Origin: Catajapyx aquilonaris
Taxonomy: Eukaryota
Length of the DNA: 64,000 bases
Direction: 5' to 3'
Assembly (NCBI GenBank): GCA_000934665.2
Contig: KZ538020.1
Span: 1 to 64,000 of the forward strand
Made by a program: the position numbers and the translations under genes. Position 1 is the first letter of the stretch. Every line of letters starts with the position of its first letter. The notes below the pieces were generated by a model. That model was given only the letters and a program-made list of their open reading frames with translations. It made no database searches and was not told where the DNA came from. Below are positions 54,009-64,000 of this stretch, piece after piece.

Positions 54009-54135
54009 CTGTGACGTCCAGGAGCCTCTTGTAGATATCCAGCAGTGAAACTTCGGCTGCTCGACACCGACGGGTCAGTCTGTCCACTTCTTCTTGGAAG
54101 CTCTTCAGCAGAGGGGTGGCCACCTTCCGTACCTC
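54009..54135 (-). CDS. cut: Internal coding exon of a cut/CUX1 (CUX/CASP) family gene, N-terminal coiled-coil region
   Basis: Minus strand reads ...gttgacctgttcccttttttatttcgCAG|GAG GTA CGG AAG GTG GCC ACC...GAC GTC ACA G|GTATGT: polypyrimidine tract, AG acceptor (54136-54137), GT donor (54007-54008), 127 nt, phase 0 to phase 1. The peptide EVRKVATPLLKSFQEEVDRLTRRCRAAEVSLLDIYKRLLDVT aligns without gaps to the CUX1/CASP segment recalled as [42 protein letters not shown]. It overlaps the start of track ORF 53785..54123. Confidence 0.93.
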
Positions 54136-57100
54136 CTGCGAAATAAAAAAGGGAACAGGTCAACAATCAGCTACCTCATTTTTAGATGGGGAAGAGGGGG
54201 GGTCCAGATACCGATCTCATCCAGGACTAAATGAGAAGTGATGCCACATTACGGCAGCCGGTACGCGGTTGCAAAATGTGCCCGTCTTGGCCAAAACTCA
54301 GACGGAAGAGTCTCATCTCGGCCAAATGAGAATGAAGCACACTTCTCAACAACCTACATTGATTTTTTTTTCCTACTCTATTTTTTGGTCCTATAGTCGT
54401 TTCTACCCACAACCAGTATCAACACTTTCTGGTTCCTAATACCCTTGATCATCAACAAAGCTGGGGGGTTTTACGTGCTTGTACGCGTGCTGAGTTCCCA
54501 GGATGTCGTCCTGATCATAACTGGCACGTTGTTGCTAGGTGACGCGATGTGTAAGTGCAGCCCATGACAGTATGCAGTACGTGACTGCAATGAATTTTTT
54601 AAACAAAATGTTATGAATGTTACGAACTGGACTTCTTTCCACCAAAAAGTGCGCTGCTGGAACCCCTCCCGCATCCCTTTTTGCAGTTTATATTTTTAAA
54701 ACCGGGAGTGGATTTTGCAGAAAATATGACACTGACCACACGGAATTATAACCGCGATGGAACATAACTCAACAAAAAAAAAAAGCTGGGAGGGACGCAT
54801 TGTGGCAGCCAGGGTTTGACGTCTGGCTCAATGAATTCGCATGTGAAAGAATGTGTCTTTCGTATTTGAACACTCGCATATGGATGATGACCAGCATGCG
54901 AAGCACCTCCTGATTTTCAGCTAGTTTTGTTTTATTGCAGTTATTTGTTTTGCATTACAAACTGTGCTGGACGCACTTTTCCCATAGGAAAATTCCCCGC
55001 AGGAACAAACTAATTGTTGACAAGCAATTGTTACGCACCAATTCGTTCAATATAACCACTGAAATTCATTTCATTTGCTTTTTATACTACAAGCATTAAT
55101 TAATAACTGTTTGTCATCGAGTCCAATATCCTCGCAGGACTATAATTATTGTAAATACACAAAATACTTTTTCGTAAAAATCAGGCGGGACAATATTGAC
55201 TCTAAAAATTAATGGCATGCTGCAATAAATGGCTCATCGGCACAATCACATATGAGTAGCATAAGAGCAGATCTGTTTAAGCTCGAGTGCCACAAAATAA
55301 TGTCAACTTGTTTTTCCATTTCTGTTTATTTGTGTGTAGCCTTGTGTGAGCTGAAAGAGCATTCGCAACTCTGTGCGTTGGAGTTGCCTTCGTTTCAAGC
55401 CGATTATTACAAGTTTTATTGGTGTCAAGAACAGTCACGCAGAAATTCTATATTCAGCTTGTTTTGCTCGTTGCATTTCACTATAGTGGAACTCGATGGC
55501 CTGCAGTACATTTAGGTTGAATTCAAAATCTGGGAAGTTAAAATTGGTTTTATGGTCAGACATATAAAATAGGCAAAAAGTGCTCTTAGTAGACAAGTAC
55601 CTGAAGCACGTAACTTTACCTAATTTTGTGCAGTTATATACCTTAATACGCGCATAAAGCAACATTTGCCAGCCACTGTCACATTCGTTACTCGTTCTAC
55701 AAAATACGTGAGGCTAAGGAATATGAAATTTGTTAAACCTGATGCAACTAACAATAGCCTCAAAATGACATTACCAAATCGACTTCTCTTCAATACAACC
55801 ATCGCTTACAATCTACTGCATGCAGAGTGTCCAGTTTTCTCTTACCACGTGCATGCATGATCGTGACGTCACGGCGTGCCATTCCTCATATTTCCCCCTA
55901 TGTCACGGAATGTCACGCACACGACAACCCCTCTTCCTATCAGCGTCAGTGACGTCCCCCTCTGATCATTTCACCTAAAATATGGCACCCCTTGTAGCAT
56001 TGAAAGCACGATACATCCCCCCTCTCACCTCCGCGTAAATACGTATTTTTGACTTGAAATAACACGCTGTCAGCATTTTTCACTCCTTATCAACGCTCTT
56101 CGAATGCCGAGGGTACCACCAGAACTAATGACTCCGAACCACCAACGTTAAATGTTTTCATTCATTTACAACCCCAATTTGCATTGAAAAATGACTTACA
56201 CTGTAAATGTGCCAAACACTGTTATTGTAAAATGAATTAACTGCCTATTATTTGAAGTGCTTGTGGTCCAATGGTTCGTATTCAGCATATTCCATGTTAT
56301 TTCGAGGAACTTTATTTCAATATTCTTAGCCACGAATCAGATGCCAGCCAGCCATTGCTGTCCTGAACCCTTCAAAGGTGATCGCGTAACAGTTGGCACC
56401 TTCTGCATTCTTAGCAGGCGGTAAGGAGGCACCAACAGTGGCAGAGTCGCAAGACTGAAGAATAAGAAAAACCATCATTTTCTACCCAGTCTACCCCACC
56501 CGTCCCCACCCTCACCCCTCACCTCCTCACCCAGCAGTAACCCGCAGTGCGGCACCAATTACCTGCGATGACCCGCGCCGACCTCAGGCGGAGTCGAGAC
56601 AACCCCTGCCAGCTCCGCTAATTAAGATATGTCTTCGTTTTAATTACATATGATTTACAAAGCGTCATATTTCTGGTACTTTCCAGGGGGAAGGGAGAGC
56701 TGGAGGGATGTGGAGAGAGGGGGTAAGTAAGGAGCAAGAGGGAGGGAGGAGGGGAGGGAGGGATGGAAAGAAAAAGAAAAACCACCCAGAGCAGGGGGGT
56801 GAAGTATGAGTCCAGATTGTAAGGAGGAAAAATTTTAAAAATTATACTTTCATTATCTGGGTGAATTATCTAAGAGAGTGTTTTATCTCATTAAAAGCAA
56901 ACTTTTAAATATTCCCCCTTTGGGTTTCTTACAGCTGGGGAAGCCATTAATAGAGGCAGACGTCGTCCTCCGTTGTCAGCATGGCAGACTCCTGGCTTGT
57001 CTCTAATGACTTAGTGTCGTTAGGAGGTGGAGAGCGGAGTAAAAGGATGGGGGCGAAATTAAGTTCGGGAACAATGGATCTTCTTTTATGACTCATTTCT

Positions 57101-58031
57101 GTTCGTATCTGTTATTATCGCGACGAAGAAAGTTTGTTTTATTTGGAAGGCCTCGCCGCTTCCTCTCTGCACGCCTCAGTTTTTTCCCCCCCTCCTCCTA
57201 CTCCCACTTCCACTTACTTCCCCCATTTTTGCCGCCAGAAAAGCAGCGGATATCACCCTAGTGGCGTAACCCGGTTTCAAACTTGCCGCACTTTCGTCCA
57301 AATCCCGCCAGGAGTCAACATGGCCGCTACGTACACCCCGATATGACATTCGGACAGATAACGAGGATGGGAAGTTCCTTAATAAACCACTGGTTTGAAA
57401 TTTGTTGTCTCTTGGCGGAAACCTAGGCGGGGATGCTGCGGTTTCGAGATTCCCGTCCGACTCTTCCCGCGCTCGGCCCTCGCCTGTCACAATTCAAAAC
57501 ATCCCAAACACGTTACACTCAGGGCGGAAAAGCTTCGTTCGCGACCCCCCCCCTCCCCCCTCTCTAGCAGCCCTTTTAATTATTCAGAAAATGTCTCAAC
57601 CTTTCAACGCGCCTCCTTCCGCCTCTCATCTGCGCGCCTGCAAAATCCTAACAAAATTAGGCGTTGAGGTTTTGGCTGCCACGCTGGCGACCCGACGGGA
57701 CTCGCGGATGTGTCGTGTCCTCTCCTTCATCCCCTCCCTCCTGCTCGACCTGCCACTTCTTCTGCCTCCATCCCCCCTAACCCTTTCATCCAAGTCCGGA
57801 AAACTATTCGTCCCGGATTGTAAAACAAACGGCACCGCAGTCTTCTCCCCCCGTCCCACCGTAGCCCCGAGAGCGACCTGCGACACCCCGCAAAACTATT
57901 CCTTCAGGCCTTTTGCGAAATTCTTGCTGCTTTCCAACACCCAAGTTTCACACCAACTTCATGTAGCCAATAGGTGCCGCCACCGCAAAATGACATCTAG
58001 TGGTAGACTTTCATATTTTCATGTGGACAAT

Positions 58032-58133
58032 ATTTCGCCCAAGGATTTCTTCCAACGATTTCGCCCAAGGATTTCGCCCAATAACGATTTCACCCAACGA
58101 TTTCGCTCAACGATTTCGCCCAACGATTTCGCC
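58032..58133. repeat. 13-bp tandem repeat (aacgatttcgccc), about 7-8 copies
   Basis: Degenerate head-to-tail units; resembles subterminal repeats of non-autonomous DNA elements. Confidence 0.85.
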
Positions 58134-61100
58134 ACAATGGAAGTATGTCGATGATGTTATCACACATGAGAATGAGCCATGGGAGTAATAACATGGCAAG
58201 GGGACCGGTGGTCACGCCTGTCTAGCCCTCTGAAAGTACATGTGATCCGTGCGGGTCAAAGTGCGTCCCAGGGGATGATCGCGTGGTTCCAGGGCCCAAT
58301 CCGCACCAGTCCATAAAATCCTCTTACGACGCGTTACCTTGTTAAGAGCAAGCAAAACCTGCGATGCGGCGGAGGAGGACAGGGGACAATAAGAATGGGG
58401 GAAGGCGGATAGGGAAGGAAGAAGAAGAAGAAAAAAACATAAGCAGGCGAAAGATAATAAACATGGGGAGGGTGGGTGGGGAAATAGAGAAGGAGGAAGA
58501 GACTCACTCGGTGGTTGAAATAAAACGAGAGTCTCTTTGGTTGGCTGGGAGAAGCGGCAGAGAGAGATGCATATCATCCTTATGAATTGCCCAAGTTATG
58601 CCGGTATTTTCAAAGACTTGGCCGTGCAAGACTGTGGAACGACCCTGCATATGTAAAGTTTTATAAAAAGGTCCTTTCACAATCCCAACAAATAAAGGGG
58701 CGAGGTAGCCCATGAAACAAAACGGGGCGGAGGGAAAGAAACTTTTCCCGAATCTCCCAACGCCGACTCCATCTTATCCTATTATTAGCAATTAGGCCTA
58801 AACTACTCTTGCCATATAAAATCGGAGGCTATTTTCTCGGGAATGGCAAACTTGGGACCCATTGATACGTGGAAATATACATTAATATAAATGGTTATCA
58901 TTCGTCCAAGTTTGTTATCTGGGCTCAACATGAATATTCATTTCGGAGCGGATGACTTGGTCCCCTGATTAAAAGCAAAATGAAACGGCATGGAAGCGTT
59001 AGCACTGCATCGGGATTAAGAGGAGGGCCTCCGCCGTTATACGACGACGTGGAGGTTGGCTAATAATACCCTCCCGCTTATACAGTCGGTGTGACTTCGA
59101 AATGGCACAGGACTCAGATCAGGAGGGAGCCACGCGGGAGAGAGAATCTCGCAGACGCCGCCGCCGCCGCTATCACGACCAGACACCCTAAGCCACTCCA
59201 TGTCAACTTTGACCCCAACTCTACCCAAGCCCTAACACCGCCCGATGCGAAATTACCAATCAGCATATGTCAACCACCGCATTTTGACACAAAAAACTAC
59301 AAAATTGCAATATTTAACATGCCAATACATATCTTATTGAAGGTTCAACCCGGTTGAAACCCGACTCTAAACCTGCAGTGTGCAGCCGCACCGGTGCCCT
59401 GTTAACAACACGGGCACAATCATGCAACGAAGCGACTTCTAACTCAGGCCACGGGGGTGCAGTATCGCCGGGCCGGGCAAATGAGTAGGCCTAGGCTTAT
59501 AGGCCTATAGGGCAGGCCACCTCCTCCTTGGAGTATAGGCAGATAGGGAGAAGCCCCGCAACTGCCGCCCGACTCGCAACTCCTTTCCCCGCAATGAACA
59601 TTTCGGAATATTAGGCCACTGACAGAGGGAGCTTCCTCCTGGTCCGCAAGGGTCATTAGTCTTGTAGCAGCCGCGAATATGGACTGAATTATACACTCTG
59701 GCCCAGGAAGCGGCGCAGCGACAAAGAGGAGGAAGAGTGGGAGGAAAGGACGCTTCGCACTTAGTTGCTACCAACTTGCTACATGGGACCTCCAAGGTGC
59801 CCTCTCCACTTGCATTACCTATCCGAGATAAACTTTCGAGGTTCACTCATTTATGCATTTGGATTCTTCGAAAGGAGAACATGCAGTTATGAACTACAGT
59901 TGCTCCGTTCTTTCAGTGATGGTTGACAAATTGGAACCCATGGGAACAACCAGTTGGCTCGTGCAGCTACTCCATTACATTTCAAGTCGGTTTTTTTTTT
60001 TTTGCTTAGCAATTAGCATCTCATGTCGACTGTGCAAATCAAGATTATAATTTAGCATGGTGCTAACCATCAGATGCAAAAGTGCTGATGGTTGCATAGC
60101 GTCGACCTATTTACGCGATACCTGCTACTTGACACCAGTCAGTCGGACAAAAATACCACACAGACGTTACCCCCTTGTTGCAGACCGCCCAGCAACTCAT
60201 CCGTATCTAGGCTTGCCTACTTGCAAGGATAACCAAAAGCTCACCATTGTTCCCCATTCTCTCTGATCTTTCCCTGTTCAAAACATTCGCAGTCTACATA
60301 AGATGTAAAAAAAAAAAAAATCATTGTAAGGTCCAGGAATGACAAAAATTCCGGCTTTTATTCTTCCACGTCTGGCGTCTCGAGACTTGCGGCTCCAAGT
60401 CAAATATATCGGCACGTTGGCGACGCAGAAAGGCCGAAAGATTTGAAAGTTGAGTTGGTAGGGAAAAGAGGCGTCCCAGGTTCGGACCATTAGACAGCAG
60501 AAGAAGACGGCCTTTGTCCAATGGAATAGCACGGACGAGCAGAGCGCAGAAGAGTCTTTGGCTTGTTTGCCTCCTCTTCTGGCGGACTGCTGATCATCAT
60601 TTGTCACGCCGAAACACTCGAAAAACACCGGAAGCACGAACCATATTCCAAAGAGGCTCCGGACCATAAAACTTTCAAAACTCAATCTTTATGGCCCAAT
60701 ACAAATCTCCTGAACGTTCGCTCCTATCCACCGGACGAATGGAGGGGGCTTGCTATATGGGGAGGATGGCAGCTCAAGGGTGGGGGAGGAATTGCAGTCC
60801 CACATTAACATACTTCCCTCCATAACAATCGGATTTTTTTTTTCCTGCAAAAAGATGGCCAGTCACGGATACCAATGTTCTGGATAATACCCATCTTAAA
60901 AATAATGTTTAAAAAAATTTAATACGAGATGTTGCAATGTTACAATGTATGAAATTGTCATATTATAATCAAATCAAATCAAATTTATTGATACTCCCCC
61001 CAAGGGGAACTGGCATTCCATGGTACGGGGGGGGGGGNGGAAAAGAAAAAAAAAAAAAAAAAAACGAGAAAAAAAGAAGGGAAACGACATCTCAGGAAGC

Positions 61101-61837
61101 GCCGGCAAAACTCTCCCGATTTTAGATTTAAAATTAAATGGTGTGTATCGCTCGAAATGGCATACAAATGAGGGAGCATCCATCTCGGGTCCCCGAAAGA
61201 CCTCCCTCCGATCGGCGGAAACGACTTCGACACAGGCTGCGGGCCAAAATGTGGGAGGAGGGAGAAGGGTAGGAGGAGGCTCTTTGGCCCCCCCGCCGCT
61301 CTCCAACCCATCGCTTTCTTCGCCCAAAAACTTCCACATGCCCATCCATGCATATCAGGCTTGGGGTATAGAACAATGTCCCCCCCCCCCTCCACCCCCA
61401 CCCTATTTTTTTCCCTACTACAACCCATCTCCATTTCCTTCCAGCCTCACTTCCCTTTTCCCAAAGCTTCATTTGCTCCTCCCTGCCCATTACCTCGGTC
61501 TAAACTCCAACAAATGTACTATACGTCAGCACTACTTTGACGCCATCCCTCCTCCCCCCAAAACCACTATGCACGCATGCATTACGGGAACTACTCAGCT
61601 GATGATGATAGGTAATAATTCGTGCCTGGGTTGAAACGCATCGTTGCTTATATTGCGATTGTAAATTCACGCATCATCACATACTGTGAGTGTACATTAG
61701 TAGGAAGGAACCAAAGCAACTATTTGGCTATAAAAATAAACAAAGGTGAAAAAGATGAAGACTCCAAAGAACTGCCAGTAGTAGCTCTCGAGGTCACGGG
61801 AGAAACCACCCCACCACCATACGACAAGGTGGATGTA

Positions 61838-62464
61838 CAATGCTGGACATTAATTCTGTCATACTGCTAGCGACATTTTCCGATGCCGCAGAGTTGCAAA
61901 TCGAAGTGATAGAGTGCGAGCCATCCCCCGGACACTTCCCCTACAATCTTATCTTATCGCCTGCTGGGGCGTTTTGCATGAGGTGCTCACCTGAGAGCAC
62001 CCTGAGACCTTTCACTGCTATATTATGTGGCGACCCTACCGGACTACGCTGAACTTTATAGGTACAAAAAGGAAGTGCTACATTGGGTGACCCAACATGG
62101 TCGCCGGCGGCCATGTTGGGCCCGTATGTAGCAGCTGCTCTTCTACCTTAGTTCAGCGTGGTCCGGTAGGGTCGCCACATAATACAGCAGTGAAAAGCTG
62201 TCTCATGACGCTCTCAAGTGAGCACCTCATGCAAAACGCCCCGGCAGGCGATAAGAGGGAGTGTCCAGACCTTAGTTTTCTAAGACCACGGTGCGAGCCG
62301 TGCGAGTGAGAAATGGTAGCCCTTGAATGACGTCACTGGCTGGGGGGCAATTGCCCCCCCCCCCCCAGCTGGTGACGTCACTCAAGGCCTACCTCTTCTT
62401 ACTCGCACGGCTGCCGCCTCAGAAAATGTCGCAAACAGTATGACGCGATTAATGTCCAACACTG
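61838..62464. mobile_element. MITE family M2, copy 2, TA-flanked, with a nested fold-back element
   Basis: TA|CAATGCTGGACATTAAT ... ATTAATGTCCAACACTG|TA; outer parts match 30145-30338. Confidence 0.88.
61930..62266. mobile_element. About 340-bp fold-back (palindromic) element nested in M2
   Basis: tcttatcgcctgctggggcgttttgcatgaggtgctcac pairs with gtgagcacctcatgcaaaacgccccggcaggcgataaga; tattatgtggcgaccctaccggac pairs with gtccggtagggtcgccacataata; centre cccaacatgg...ccatgttggg. Confidence 0.85.
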
Positions 62465-64000
62465 TACATAACCATACAGGCTACCTGAAGAGAAGCGCCT
62501 CTTAAGACACACCTAATGATGCATGTCATGTCCGAATATCGCGTGTTCGTAACATAAGAAATGTCTGCACTAGCTGGATTCGTTTTCAAAAAGCCATACT
62601 AAGGACTAGCAGTGAGAAATAAAAAACTGCCCTTATCTTGTACGCGCAGAAAATAAATAGAGATATGACAAAAGAACGAGACTGCATCACGCAATGTTTG
62701 TAATACCGTTTCATTTGACAATATTTCATGCTGACCTGAGGTTTATATCGTCTTCTCAGATACGTACAGACCTATCCAAATCGGTTCACCACCAGAGCAA
62801 AAAGAAGCAGTGTTTCCAGACCCCTAAGGCCACTCATTTCTCCAGCCAACCCCCTCGGTCCCTGTCATCTCGTGACTCAACGACAGCACCCCCCGAACTT
62901 TTATTTTCGCCAATTTTTCCACCTGCATCCATTTAATTGTGTGGGGCAGATAATCAGGATTTATGGCTATCGATAACCGAGGGTCCGTGACGGCGTCTTC
63001 CGGTTCAAAAAAGTCATTAGGACTGCCGTTCCCCTCAGACACACTTCGCCTTCATAAAGTTATAATTTCAACTGATAACAAATAAGACTTATAATCAGCA
63101 CGAGAACTTTTTATTGGTAATAAAATTGGAGGTTGAAATATGTAACAGACGAATGGGGGAAGGGAGATGAGAGAGGGTGAAGACTATAGTTGGAAGAAAA
63201 AGAGGAGTCTTTTGTGAGGGAGGGAGTCATCACCTAGATGCGGCTGTCTATCTTGTGCTAGGGATTTGCTCGGGCGACTCAACCTAACGACCTTTTTCTG
63301 CAAATGAGGCTTTGCGCATAATTAAGGAAATCAAAGAAAATGCGACGCGATTCTTTCTACGCCGCCGGCTGACAATGGCTCGCATAAACCGTGATCGAAT
63401 CTGCAGCTAATGCCCATTGCCCCGCGGTAGATTGATTCGGCCACGCCCAGTACCTAAAGATAACAATGTTCATCTCACCTTTGGGCACTCCCAGTCACTA
63501 ATCGAATGGTGTTGCTGCAATAAAGACATCAAGTGGATACTTTACAACCCTTGCCACAAGCGTGCCCAGGAATCCATCTGATAGGGATGCATTTAAAATT
63601 GGAACAAAAATGACCATAAAATTGTTTGTAATTACAATTTCAAGATTTTGAGAAGCATGTCCTATCAGGATATAGGTGTGAAGCACTAACTAGCAAAACA
63701 AAATTATATAAAAATTATTAATACAGTAGATCAGTCATTCCTATAGGCATAACTGGACGATGTCGTGCAAGTGGCCGAAACTAATTGAGACCGGTAGAAC
63801 ATACACCCAAACTATAGTACTAAATCTGCATAATTCTGCCACAAATGACAGAAAAGAACACTGAATTAATTTCACAGGTATCACCTTCAAAGCAATTGTT
63901 CTCATGTGGGTTGACTCATTATTGCATGTACTAGCGCCGCAACCACATGGTGGCCGAGTTATGAACTTCGCTGTCCACAACATTTTCCAATATCCTCCCT

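Noticed and set aside
57402..58154. Longest ORF in the track (250 aa)
   Set aside because: Non-ATG start, Pro/Ser low complexity, runs into a 13-bp tandem repeat and has no recognisable domain.
61020..61634. 204-aa ORF with poly-Lys and poly-Pro
   Set aside because: Arises from homopolymer runs and includes an ambiguous base (61038); not credible coding sequence.

Overview
Eukaryotic (animal, probably invertebrate/arthropod) genomic DNA that is almost entirely non-coding. The only protein-coding sequence I can support is one 127-nt minus-strand internal exon (54009-54135) encoding EVRKVATPLLKSFQEEVDRLTRRCRAAEVSLLDIYKRLLDVT, the N-terminal coiled-coil region shared by Cut/CUX homeobox proteins and the golgin CASP. 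I found no neighbouring exon, so the window appears to be mostly very large cut/CUX introns. These contain two tRNA-derived SINE families (nested, with a 17-bp target-site duplication), several MITE families (TA-flanked Tc1/mariner-like, TTAA-flanked Kolobok-like, Harbinger-like), mini- and microsatellites, and enhancer/insulator-like motif clusters. The most unusual structures are two fold-back scars: a pair of back-to-back perfect loopless palindromes (46619-46706) and an inverted triplication at the end of a 30-bp minisatellite (19468-19759). The short ORFs in the track look like noise. I see no CRISPR array, intact transposase or reverse transcriptase, and no clearly new multi-gene system.
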